Shown: piece after piece, positions 1 through 7,958 of the stretch
Numbering within the stretch: the stretch's first letter is position 1
How the letters are laid out: each line of letters starts with the position of its first letter
Virus record (IMG/VR): IMGVR_UViG_3300037440_000296
Location: 1 to 25,096 of that record
Length of the DNA: 25,096 nucleotides
Source: a virus
Lineage: Duplodnaviria; Caudoviricetes
Reading direction: 5' to 3' (one strand)
Notes under the pieces: model-generated
Databases searched by the model: none
Told to the model about the DNA's origin: nothing
The model's input: only the letters and a program-made list of their open reading frames with translations
Position numbers and translations under genes: made by a program

Positions 1-42
1 CCGCCCCAGCTCCAGCATGATCAGGGGAAAATGGCCCGGAGA

Positions 43-423
43 TCATCTCGTGTCCTCGTCTCGCACGATGAACAGTCGTCGACGCTGTCGCTCGCGCTGG
101 TCGATGCGCGTCCGTCGTTCGTGTTCGCGCTCGGCCGCGAGGTCGGCTGGTCGATCGTCGTTCGTCTGCCTCGTTCGTGTTCGCTGCTTGCCGCGCGGTC
201 GAGCGAACGGCGACTCGGCGTGGCGGCTGCGGTTGTGGTGCTGGCACGCGAGGCCGAGGTACTCGCCGGGCTTGGCGTCGTTGTGGGCCAGGTCCAGCTG
301 GCTCGGCAGCTGGGTGAGGATCTCGCCGCCGAGAACGCACCGCGACCGACCGGGTCTGTACCGGGCGACATACCACCGCCTGACCCTGCGGTGGCCCCAC
401 CCGTGCCGGGGTCCCCTACCCAT
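43..423 (-). CDS. HNH-type endonuclease (phage, genome-end/terminase-adjacent type)
   Basis: HGWGHRRVR...RCVLGGE...LDLAHND...YLGLACQHHNRS resembles degenerate phage HNH proteins; GGAGG RBS upstream of ATG 423. Confidence 0.65.
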   Translation of the reverse strand: MGRGPRHGWGHRRVRRWYVARYRPGRSRCVLGGEILTQLPSQLDLAHNDAKPGEYLGLACQHHNRSRHAESPFARPRGKQRTRTRQTNDDRPADLAAEREHERRTRIDQRERQRRRLFIVRDEDTR

Positions 424-528
424 GCCCCCACCCTCCGGGCCTGGGGGAGTAGCACGCTACTCGGGCAGGGGCCCAAGGCCAGGTGCCCCCACCCTCCCCG
501 AGCATGATCGCCTCCATGTCCCGTGCCT

Positions 529-684
529 CACTCCGCTCCGGGCCCCCACTACGTGGGGGGCCCTGGGTGCCCGGAGCGTGGAGTGATGTGGCACGACGCG
601 GAGTGGAGCGAGGTGGAGTAATCGGAGTGATCATGCATCATCCCTGCTCAGAGTCGATCTGGCCCAAGCGGAGTAACCCGGAGT
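529..684. repeat. GGAG(T/C) direct-repeat cluster plus imperfect inverted repeat; candidate replication origin
   Basis: GGAGY at 573, 580, 600, 605, 615, 624, 670, 680; palindrome GGGCCCCCAC-TAC-GTGGGGGGCCC 540-563; lies at the 3' end of the helicase gene. Confidence 0.45.
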
Positions 685-2008
685 CAGTGATGCGATACCG
701 GGTCTGCTTGCCCGCGCCGCCCTTGTGGGCGAGGTCCTGGTCAATCAACCAATCCAACGACCGCTTGACGGTGCCCGCTGCGCCATTGACGACGGCCTGT
801 ATCCGGGTGAACGACAGGCCCTCGTCCGGTGTCGACGACGCGGCCAGCGCCCGCAGGATCGGCTCGACCAGCGTCGGGTGCTTGGCCGGGTCGAGCCCCC
901 GCCTGGCCCGCACGAGCACGATCGAGCCGGTGCCCTTGACGGCCTGCGGTTCCAGCTCGACGCTCAGGTCCTCGGGGCCGTCCTTGCGCTTGGCCAGCTG
1001 GGCGACGATCTTCTGCTCGTCCTCGTTGCGCTTGATCCGCCAGATCAGGTCGAGGTCGTCCTCGAACGCGCTGGACCCGCGCAGGTCCTCGTCGGTCTTG
1101 CCGGTGTGCGCGACGATCCCGATGGCCGCCCGGTCGTTGGCGCCGCGCAGCTCGGCCATCGTGGACACGATCACGCTGGCGTCCTTGGCGCTGTTGGTCT
1201 CCGCGCCCGAGGCCATCCGCTGCAACGTGTCGAACACGACCACCCCGTACTGCTCGCGGGCGATCCGCTCGTACAGCTCGGCGCAGTCGGCGGCCCGCTT
1301 GAACAGGTTGACCGGCGCCCTGCGGACGTGGAACCACTCGCCCGGGATCGGGGTCGACCAGGCGGTCTCCCACGCGCGCAGCCGCTCGTCCAGCCCGAAG
1401 GCGCCCTCCCCGACCACGTACAGCACCCTGGTCTGGCGGGCCTCGTGGTCCAGCCACTTGCGCCCGGTCGCCAGGCAGGCCAGCCAATCCAGGACGATGA
1501 ACGACTTGTAGGACCGGTCCCGGCCGGTGAGCGCGAACAGCGTGTGCTCGTCGAGCACGCCGTCGATCAGCGGCTCGGGCTGGGGCAGGTCGGCCAGGCC
1601 CGGGCGGGTCAGGTACAGGTGGTCGAACGTCGGCGGCTGACCATCCGAGCTCGAGTGTGACGCTGAAGTGTCAACGGCCGGCGCCTGTCCGCCCGGCTGG
1701 AACAGCAGCCCGCCACCGCTGGTGCCGTTGCCGCTGGGGTCCGGGGGAGGTGTCCTGCGGGGCTTGGTCGCGCCGCCGCGCTCAGCCGATCCCATGGTGG
1801 CCCGGATCTCGCGGTCTGGCAGGCCGATCGAGCGGGCCACATCGGCGACCCGCTGCCACGCCTCGTCGCGGTCCAGGTGCCCGGCCTCGGCGAGCTGGGC
1901 CAGCTTGAACCACACGCCGTTGAGCGTGTGGTTACGGGTGCCCTTGACGGCGCGGGCGAGCTTGTCCAGCTCGCCCGCGAGTGCCACCGCCCCGTACGTC
2001 GTGGTCAA
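638..2008 (-). CDS. RepA/AAA_25-type replicative helicase with N-terminal PriCT-like domain and C-terminal wHTH
   Basis: GTRNHTLN (PriCT-like), variant Walker A GRDRSYKS, Walker B VVVFDT, AHTGK...LRGSSAF, AKRKDG; TTG start overlaps upstream stop and has a GGGGAGG RBS. Confidence 0.85.
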   Translation of the reverse strand: MTTTYGAVALAGELDKLARAVKGTRNHTLNGVWFKLAQLAEAGHLDRDEAWQRVADVARSIGLPDREIRATMGSAERGGATKPRRTPPPDPSGNGTSGGGLLFQPGGQAPAVDTSASHSSSDGQPPTFDHLYLTRPGLADLPQPEPLIDGVLDEHTLFALTGRDRSYKSFIVLDWLACLATGRKWLDHEARQTRVLYVVGEGAFGLDERLRAWETAWSTPIPGEWFHVRRAPVNLFKRAADCAELYERIAREQYGVVVFDTLQRMASGAETNSAKDASVIVSTMAELRGANDRAAIGIVAHTGKTDEDLRGSSAFEDDLDLIWRIKRNEDEQKIVAQLAKRKDGPEDLSVELEPQAVKGTGSIVLVRARRGLDPAKHPTLVEPILRALAASSTPDEGLSFTRIQAVVNGAAGTVKRSLDWLIDQDLAHKGGAGKQTRYRITDSGLLRLGQIDSEQG

Positions 2009-2217
2009 TCGTCCTCCCCGGCGAGCAGCTCGATCGGCAGGTCCAGCGCGCAGGACGGGCACACGCGCGTGTTGGCCGAGGTGCCCTTGGGCGAGATCGC
2101 ACCCTCGTCGCACCGGTTGCCGCACAACCGGCAAGGAATGCCTCGCTCGCGTTCCAGCAGCGCCGCGAGCACCCGGCTGTCGAGCACCATGCCCCAGCCG
2201 AAGAGGGACCGGCTCAT
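2005..2217 (-). CDS. small zinc-finger protein (CxxC...CxxC), 70 aa
   Basis: CRLCGNRC...CPSC; start and stop overlap both neighbours (translational coupling). Confidence 0.65.
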   Translation of the reverse strand: MSRSLFGWGMVLDSRVLAALLERERGIPCRLCGNRCDEGAISPKGTSANTRVCPSCALDLPIELLAGEDD

Positions 2218-2801
2218 CACGTCACCGGAGGCAGTAGCCAGCGGTACAGGGTGCCCTCGACGTGCGACGGCGGGACCACCACATAACCGCCTGCGGCCCG
2301 GTAGTCCAGGCCGTCCGCATAGGCCGCGTTGCGGGCCTCGGGCACGGCCGGAACCCACAGGTGCAGCCCGCGAGGTGTCTGCGTGACCCCGCGCACCACC
2401 AGCCACCCGCTGCCGCCCGAGAGCATCCCGCGGAACGCCTCGACCCCGTCCGGCCCGTCAATGTCGATCACGTCGAACTTCTCGCCGGTCGCTACGCCGA
2501 TGTTGTGCGGGTCCCTGGGGTCCAGCGCCATCCCGAACCAGTTGGCGAGCTGATGCTCGTCGGTGGTCGCGTCGGTGACACCGTTCGAGCCGGGGTAGGG
2601 CCGTTTCTGCCCGGGCATCAGCGGGAACACCCGCAGCCCGCGCCTGGCGTACCACACGGCCGAGACCGCCACGTCGATGCCCGCCCTCGGCGGCTGGTCG
2701 GCCTGGCCCTGGGCCTGTTCGAGCAGCCGGGCCTGGTCGTTGTCGCCGCGCTCGACGGCCGCCACGTATGCCGCGTCCAGCGCGGCCAGCGGGTCGCTCA
2801 T
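2217..2801 (-). CDS. bifunctional DNA primase/polymerase (Prim-Pol domain)
   Basis: GLRVFPL..GQKRP, DATTD, NIGVATG..FDVIDIDG, TPRGLHLW, GLDYRAAGGYVVVPPS; ATGA overlap with upstream gene. Confidence 0.92.
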   Translation of the reverse strand: MSDPLAALDAAYVAAVERGDNDQARLLEQAQGQADQPPRAGIDVAVSAVWYARRGLRVFPLMPGQKRPYPGSNGVTDATTDEHQLANWFGMALDPRDPHNIGVATGEKFDVIDIDGPDGVEAFRGMLSGGSGWLVVRGVTQTPRGLHLWVPAVPEARNAAYADGLDYRAAGGYVVVPPSHVEGTLYRWLLPPVT

Positions 2802-3244
2802 GGCGACTCGCCTGGTGGCGTGTAGGCGTTGTGGGCCGAGATCAGTGCTGGGGCCCACCTCGGCCCTAAGCGGGTTTCAAGCAGCCACCGCGCGGTCGAT
2901 TCCCACGGCAGGTCAGCCATGGTGATCTCGTCGTGGGCCCGCTGCCAGTCCTCGCGCGTCCAGCGGGTCGCCCGCGCCAGCTCGGCCGGGTCGTACTCGC
3001 TCGCGCGGCGCAGCCTGGCGTGCCGGGCGAGCGAGTTGTGCGGGCACCACTCGCCCAGTGCGTAACGTTCGACGATCACGGCCCGCGCCTCGGGATCATC
3101 AAGCAGTTCGGTCGCCACGTGGATCTCCGGGTCGGCCCGCTCCCAGGCGATGTCATAGGCGACGTCGACGACCTTGTCGCCGGAGAGGATCTCGCGCCGG
3201 GACCGGCGCACCGCGGCGGTCCCGGTGATCGGGCACCTGATCAT
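2798..3244 (-). CDS. hypothetical protein, 148 aa
   Basis: ATGA overlaps on both sides; GC3-biased codons. Confidence 0.65.
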   Translation of the reverse strand: MIRCPITGTAAVRRSRREILSGDKVVDVAYDIAWERADPEIHVATELLDDPEARAVIVERYALGEWCPHNSLARHARLRRASEYDPAELARATRWTREDWQRAHDEITMADLPWESTARWLLETRLGPRWAPALISAHNAYTPPGESP

Positions 3245-3441
3245 GGCACGCTCGCAATCGCGGCCTCGCGGGCCTGCTGGTAACGCTTCCGGTCGCTGGC
3301 GCTCGCGGTGCGCAGGTACCGGCGCCAGGTGTGCCACACGTCGTGCCGCAGCGCAGCGGGCACCTTGAACCAGCAGGTCCGGCACATTAGGTGGTCGGGC
3401 TGGCGGGACCGGCCGCAGCCGGTCGGGCACTTGTCGCTCAT
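3241..3441 (-). CDS. small Cys/His-rich phage protein
   Basis: CPTGC...HLMCRTCW; GGAGG RBS upstream. Confidence 0.75.
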   Translation of the reverse strand: MSDKCPTGCGRSRQPDHLMCRTCWFKVPAALRHDVWHTWRRYLRTASASDRKRYQQAREAAIASVP

Positions 3442-3463
3442 AAGATCCTCCAGTTGGTTCGCG

Positions 3464-3598
3464 GGGCCGGGCGCGAGGCCCCTACCAAACCTCGCGCCCG
3501 GCCCGGCCTCGGGGAGCGGACCACCCCGAGGGTGCAGCGGTCACCCGCCCGGCCCCACGGTGGCCATGCGGGCGAGCGCACACCTCGGGCACTCCCCG
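3464..3598 (-). ncRNA. candidate structured cis-regulatory RNA (long rod hairpin plus 15-bp hairpin)
   Basis: Nested pairing 3510-3516/3592-3598, 3525-3531/3583-3589, 3532-3535/3578-3581, 3543-3550/3570-3577, 3551-3554/3562-3565; perfect stem 3464-3478/3490-3504. Confidence 0.45.
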
Positions 3599-3602
3599 GG
3601 GT

Positions 3603-3869
3603 CTACTTGAGCAGGCCGCGCAACCGGTCGAACCGGTCGATCAGCTCGCTATAGCTGAGCGCGTAGGCTGCTGGCTCGACCAGCTCACGCGCCCGGTCCA
3701 GCTGCTGCTGGGCGGCCTTGGCACGCGCCTGGGTCCGGTCCAGATCGAGCAGATCGGCGAGCAGCTGGTCGGAGTCGAGCGAGTTGGCCAGCTGCACCGC
3801 GATCCGCGGGACCAGCAGTGTCAGTCGCGCCGAGATCACCTCGACGGCGCGCTCGACCGGCGTGGCCAT
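3603..3869 (-). CDS. hypothetical helical/coiled-coil protein, 88 aa
   Basis: ATG overlaps upstream TGA; MATPVERAVEVISARL... Confidence 0.7.
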   Translation of the reverse strand: MATPVERAVEVISARLTLLVPRIAVQLANSLDSDQLLADLLDLDRTQARAKAAQQQLDRARELVEPAAYALSYSELIDRFDRLRGLLK

Positions 3870-4237
3870 CAGGTACCCCTCTCGCGCGCCCGGGCCAGCT
3901 GGTCGTGCAGCTGGATCTCGCGCTCGGCGTCGGTGCCCCGGGCCTCGTTGAGCCGGTCGATCTCGGCGTGCGCCTCGGTCAGCTCCTGCTCGAAGTGCTG
4001 GACCCGCTCGTCCTGGCCGGGCTTGACAGCGATCTGCTCGACGCCGCCGAGCATCGTGAACTCGACCTCGGGGAACCGCGCGCGCAGCTGGTCGAGGACC
4101 GGCTGCCACTCGGCCAGGTCGGCGCCAGCGCCCACGTTGAGCAGCACGGTGTCGCCGGGCTTGATGTTGAGCGCCGGGACCACCGTCACGTTGAGCTTGC
4201 GGTCGTCGCCCATCATGTTGTCGGCTGCGCTCACCAC
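3869..4237 (-). CDS. hypothetical protein with C-terminal coiled coil
   Basis: Coupled to both neighbours; strong GC3 bias. Confidence 0.7.
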   Translation of the reverse strand: MVSAADNMMGDDRKLNVTVVPALNIKPGDTVLLNVGAGADLAEWQPVLDQLRARFPEVEFTMLGGVEQIAVKPGQDERVQHFEQELTEAHAEIDRLNEARGTDAEREIQLHDQLARARERGT

Positions 4238-4797
4238 GGCGGCTGCTCCTGCCCGCCAGCCTGGGGCGCTGCGGCCTGCTGACCCTGCTGCTGGCCCTGG
4301 GCCTGCTGCGGCTGCTGGACTTGTTGCGAACGCCTCCAGGCCAGGTAGTCGGTGGCGGTTTTGACGTCCTCGGGCGAGTGGTCGGCCAGCTGGAACGTCT
4401 TGCGCTGCGCCTTGGTCGTGTACTCGGCCAGCCGCCCGAGCACCATGTACGGCTTCTGACCGGCCGCGGCCACCAGGTGGCCGTTCTCGTCGCGGACCTC
4501 CTTTGTGGCGGTCACGAGTGCGGGCGGGAACACCAGCGCGCGCTCGAACAGCTGCGGCTCGTCCGGGTGGTCGATCACGTGGACGTCGGCCTCGACCGCG
4601 TCGGCCGGGCCATTGTCGGTCTGCACGCCGAGCTGGATTCCATGCACCTCGAACAGCACCAGGTGCCCGATGAACGAGCGCCAGTGGTCTTGCGTGATGC
4701 GGGCGCCGTCGCCGCGCTTGTTGGGCTGGCCGAACTCGGTCGGCCGGTCCGGCTGCGGTGCCGGGGCCTGCGTGGTTTTGGCGAACGGGTTGGACAT
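4231..4797 (-). CDS. putative ssDNA-binding protein
   Basis: Beta-rich core, Q/A/G-rich disordered tail ending PPW; lies downstream of the exonuclease and clamp genes; AGGAGG RBS. Confidence 0.55.
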   Translation of the reverse strand: MSNPFAKTTQAPAPQPDRPTEFGQPNKRGDGARITQDHWRSFIGHLVLFEVHGIQLGVQTDNGPADAVEADVHVIDHPDEPQLFERALVFPPALVTATKEVRDENGHLVAAAGQKPYMVLGRLAEYTTKAQRKTFQLADHSPEDVKTATDYLAWRRSQQVQQPQQAQGQQQGQQAAAPQAGGQEQPPW

Positions 4798-4819
4798 TGA
4801 TCCTCCTGTTGCTTGGGTC

Positions 4820-5425
4820 TTACTCGGACAGGCTCACGGGCATGATCAGGCCCCGGAACTCGGGAACCCCGGGTGCCGTGACGGCCACCGGCCGCTTGGC
4901 GTTCTCGCCGAACCGGAACTCCAGCGGCTCGACCTTGAACGCCTTGGCGAACGCCCCGATCACGTCGGACCGGAAGCCGATGCGGTCCAGCTCGCCCGGC
5001 ATGGTGGGCCACAGCCGTTCGTGGTTGGGTACCCACTGGTCACCGACCGTTCGGCTGGTGCTGCTCGCGGCGCCCGGCTCGGCCAGGGTGACCAGCTCGC
5101 CGTCCACCTCGATCAGCAGGACGGTCCCGAGGCCGCTGTTCGTGCGGGCCGCGGCCTTGGCCAGCTTGAGCCAGTCCTTGGCCGCTGGCAGCGCCAGGGT
5201 GAACCCGTCGTCGGTCAGCCCGTCGATGCTGGGCACGTCGTCCGCGTGCAGCGTGAACTCGCCGATCACGAACCGGTTGGTGGCGGCCAGCACGAGGTTC
5301 GCGCCGCGCGGCGCCATGAACCGGACCGCGTTCAGCGAGGGCAGCACCGGATCGGTACCGGCGAACGGAATGGTCACGGCCAGCGCCTCGGCCAGCTTGG
5401 CCGCACGCACCTCGATCTTGGCCAT
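4820..5425 (-). CDS. DNA polymerase III beta sliding clamp-like protein
   Basis: LPSLNAVRF...LVLAATNRFVIG and C-terminal FRGLIMPV resemble DnaN-like phage proteins. Confidence 0.7.
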   Translation of the reverse strand: MAKIEVRAAKLAEALAVTIPFAGTDPVLPSLNAVRFMAPRGANLVLAATNRFVIGEFTLHADDVPSIDGLTDDGFTLALPAAKDWLKLAKAAARTNSGLGTVLLIEVDGELVTLAEPGAASSTSRTVGDQWVPNHERLWPTMPGELDRIGFRSDVIGAFAKAFKVEPLEFRFGENAKRPVAVTAPGVPEFRGLIMPVSLSE

Positions 5426-5426
5426 G

Positions 5427-5624
5427 TCAGCTCACCACCCACAGCACGAGCCGGACGATCGCCCACACGACGGCCGCGACCAGCGCGACACTGGAGGCGA
5501 TCGCAGCGACCACAACAGCGATCGCCGTGTTCGTTATGCTCCGCGGCAGCTCGGTGGACAGGCCGCCGTCGTCCTCGTCGTCCGGCCCGTCGACCCACCA
5601 CTCGCGGCGAGGTATGTAGCTCAC
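5427..5624 (-). CDS. small membrane protein
   Basis: Long C-terminal hydrophobic segment; acidic N-terminus. Confidence 0.7.
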   Translation of the reverse strand: MSYIPRREWWVDGPDDEDDGGLSTELPRSITNTAIAVVVAAIASSVALVAAVVWAIVRLVLWVVS

Positions 5625-6760
5625 GTCGTGCTCCCTTCCTGTTGCTCTGCTAGCTGCTTGAGCCGCCGCCTCACGGCGTCGTCGTGCTCGGGCTGCCAGA
5701 GGCCCTCGGCCCGGAAGTGCTGGAACAGCCCGACCAGGTTGTGGCGGTCGGCCGCCACCGAGATCAGCCCGTGAATGTCGGGGCCGGTTGACGCTTCAGT
5801 GTCAGGGGCCGGCGCGTCCTCGACCGGCACGAGCAGGCCCTTCTGGCTGCGCGCCCACCACACCTTGTGCGCTGCGTTGAGCAGGTCCCGCGCCCGGATC
5901 AGGTCGGCGCGCCACAGGTGCGCCTCGCCCTTGCCGACCGGCAGGTGGATCACGTACCCGGCGCACTGGCACACGTCGAGGTCGGACCGCTCGCCGGTCG
6001 CCGGGTGGTACCGGTTGCTCGTGGCGTAGCCGGTGAGCTGCATCGCGGTCTTGGCCTGGCCCCAATCCATATCCTTCTGTGTCTTGAGGTCGGCCACCCG
6101 GCGCCCCTTGCCGCACCGCTGGCACGGCCACGGGTCCTTGACGTCGAGCCAGTGCCCGGCGATCCGGTCGAACTTGCCGCCGATGCCGTACGCCGTCGTG
6201 GTGGGCTGGACCCCGTCGAGCACGGTCGGGACCTCGATCTCGTCCCAGGTGAACTTGCGCTCGTCGACCAGCTGGCGGTACGCGGCGACGTCGGGCTTGT
6301 TGGCCTTGGGCACCTGCGCGCGCTCGCCCCGGTCCAGCCGCTCGGTCAGCTTGTGCAGCGCGGTCCCCGAGTCGGCCCCGGCCGAGGCCCTGGCGGCCAG
6401 CTCGGCCTCCTCTACGATCTTGTCGATCGCGGCCTTGTTCTCGTGCGGGTCGTCCGGGTTGATCTCGCCCGAGACCTTGAGCAGCAGGTGGTCGGCGACC
6501 GCGAACCCGATGGCCACGTTGCGCTTGCCCCACAGCTCCAGCCGGAACGTGTCCTCCAGCACGCCGATGAACGTGGTCATGCGCTGGAACGGCCCGCCCG
6601 GCACGTGCGCGTTGCACCCGTGGCGGCCGGTCTCGTCGGACCACCCGCACTTGGTCGTGACCTTGTCGTTGCCCGGGATCAGATAGATCGGCCGCGTGTG
6701 GTAGTCCCGGTGAATGCCGTCCGGGTGCGTTCTGCGGTCCGGCTGGTGCAGCTCGGTCAC
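5621..6760 (-). CDS. PD-(D/E)xK exonuclease (RecE/Cas4-like)
   Basis: GTALHKLTE, GGKFDRI, ADLKT, QLTGYA, YVIHLP motifs. Confidence 0.85.
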   Translation of the reverse strand: MTELHQPDRRTHPDGIHRDYHTRPIYLIPGNDKVTTKCGWSDETGRHGCNAHVPGGPFQRMTTFIGVLEDTFRLELWGKRNVAIGFAVADHLLLKVSGEINPDDPHENKAAIDKIVEEAELAARASAGADSGTALHKLTERLDRGERAQVPKANKPDVAAYRQLVDERKFTWDEIEVPTVLDGVQPTTTAYGIGGKFDRIAGHWLDVKDPWPCQRCGKGRRVADLKTQKDMDWGQAKTAMQLTGYATSNRYHPATGERSDLDVCQCAGYVIHLPVGKGEAHLWRADLIRARDLLNAAHKVWWARSQKGLLVPVEDAPAPDTEASTGPDIHGLISVAADRHNLVGLFQHFRAEGLWQPEHDDAVRRRLKQLAEQQEGSTT

Positions 6761-6939
6761 CGGTCCACCTCGCCCGTGATGATGTACTCGGCGACCGTGA
6801 TCACGGCGGCAGCCTCGACGGCGCTCCCGGTGAACGGCGTACGCGCGTGCAGCACGACCCGCGCGCGGTCGAGCGCCTCGGCGCGGGCGAGCTGTTGCAT
6901 GGCCAGGGCCGATGTGGCAGGTGCGTTGTTTGTGTCCAT
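6757..6939 (-). CDS. hypothetical protein, 60 aa
   Basis: AAAGGTGA RBS; TGATG and GTGA overlaps with neighbours. Confidence 0.65.
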   Translation of the reverse strand: MDTNNAPATSALAMQQLARAEALDRARVVLHARTPFTGSAVEAAAVITVAEYIITGEVDR

Positions 6940-7271
6940 CAGGTGATCACCTTTCGTCGGGGGAGAGTGAACTGCTTGCCGCCGTCGTGCGACGTGCGCA
7001 GCCGGATCAGCGGCAGCTCGTCGAGCGCCAGCCAGGCCGGGCGATGGTGCTGGCCGTCGATGCGCACCAGCGCGCCCTGCACGCCGCGCCTGGTGGACAG
7101 CCGGGTGATCCGGCCGCGGTGCCCGAACGGCAGCCGCACCGGCATGTCGGGCTGGGGCTCGGCCAGGTAGACCACCCATGCCTCACGGTCGAGCAGCTCC
7201 CACTCCCAGCTGTCACGGTTGAACCGCCAGACCTGGTAGGCGACCTGGTCGCCGCGCTGGATCTCACGCAT
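6939..7271 (-). CDS. hypothetical protein, 110 aa
   Basis: MREIQRGDQVAYQVW...; overlaps upstream stop. Confidence 0.6.
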   Translation of the reverse strand: MREIQRGDQVAYQVWRFNRDSWEWELLDREAWVVYLAEPQPDMPVRLPFGHRGRITRLSTRRGVQGALVRIDGQHHRPAWLALDELPLIRLRTSHDGGKQFTLPRRKVIT

Positions 7272-7470
7272 CGGCGGCCGCCCTGGGGCTCGCCGAGAGG
7301 ATGAACCCGTGGCCGTCGCACGGGCAGCGCACGCACACGCATCGCCCGCCGCGGGATCGTCCGGTCCTCGGGTGCGAGGTGAGCCAGACGAAACACGAGG
7401 GGCACATGCATAAGCAGTGGCCGCTGCCGCCTGGCCAGTCGGCGAAGTGGGTGGCGCGGTGGTCACGCAC
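7264..7470 (-). CDS. Cys-rich small protein, 68 aa
   Basis: GTG overlaps the upstream TAG; HCLCMCPSC...CVCVRCPCDGH. Confidence 0.55.
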   Translation of the reverse strand: MRDHRATHFADWPGGSGHCLCMCPSCFVWLTSHPRTGRSRGGRCVCVRCPCDGHGFILSASPRAAADA

Positions 7471-7958
7471 TAGACGGCCATCCGGTCCAGGTAGTCGAGC
7501 AGGTGCTCGAACTGCATGGTCAAGAACCCCGCCTGGTCGGCGCCCATCTTCTCGTTCTTGACTCTGCGGTCGACGTACGGCTTGATCACCCCTCGCCACA
7601 GGCGCCGAATTATGGTGAGCGCCGCCCGCATACGCGCCAGCCGGAACCGGTTAATGTCGCCGGATCGAAGGGTGAAGCAGTAGCCGTCCGAGCTGGAGAC
7701 CAACGGCAGCTCGGGATAGTTGTCCCGCATGTACGCCACGGCCGCCGCGACCTGCGCCGGGGTCAGCCCGGATTCGGCCGCGAGTTTCTGATTGCTGATC
7801 GGCCGGTCGGTGTCGTCGGCGACAACCGGGATCAGGTCGAAGATCGCCTCGGAATGCCGCTCGGCGGCAGGCGGCCGCTTCGCCCGCTGCGTGACGTCGG
7901 CGCCGTTGCACACGGCGCAGCCGGACGGGATCAGATCGTGAATGCACAGCTCGGCCAT
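7470..7958 (-). CDS. RacP-like winged-helix protein
   Basis: AAERHSEAI...KLAAESGLTPAQVAAAVAYMRD...PLVSSSDGYCF...IIRRLWRG resembles Streptomyces RacP-annotated proteins (recalled, not searched). Confidence 0.6.
   Translation of the reverse strand: MAELCIHDLIPSGCAVCNGADVTQRAKRPPAAERHSEAIFDLIPVVADDTDRPISNQKLAAESGLTPAQVAAAVAYMRDNYPELPLVSSSDGYCFTLRSGDINRFRLARMRAALTIIRRLWRGVIKPYVDRRVKNEKMGADQAGFLTMQFEHLLDYLDRMAV

Noticed and set aside
1-46. ORF start or cos end downstream of the HNH gene
   Set aside because: An ATGA overlap exists and the position is suggestive, but the window ends here, so nothing can be supported.
416-634. 72-aa minus-strand ORF (MITPITPPRS...)
   Set aside because: Its low-complexity sequence derives from the GGAGY repeats and codon bias is poor. 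Not excluded, but better explained as non-coding.
483-1660. Long plus-strand ORFs over the helicase
   Set aside because: Antisense shadows of a gene with clear motifs.
5621-6760. cas4 as part of a CRISPR-Cas system
   Set aside because: Stand-alone phage exonuclease in a recombination cluster; no array or other cas genes.
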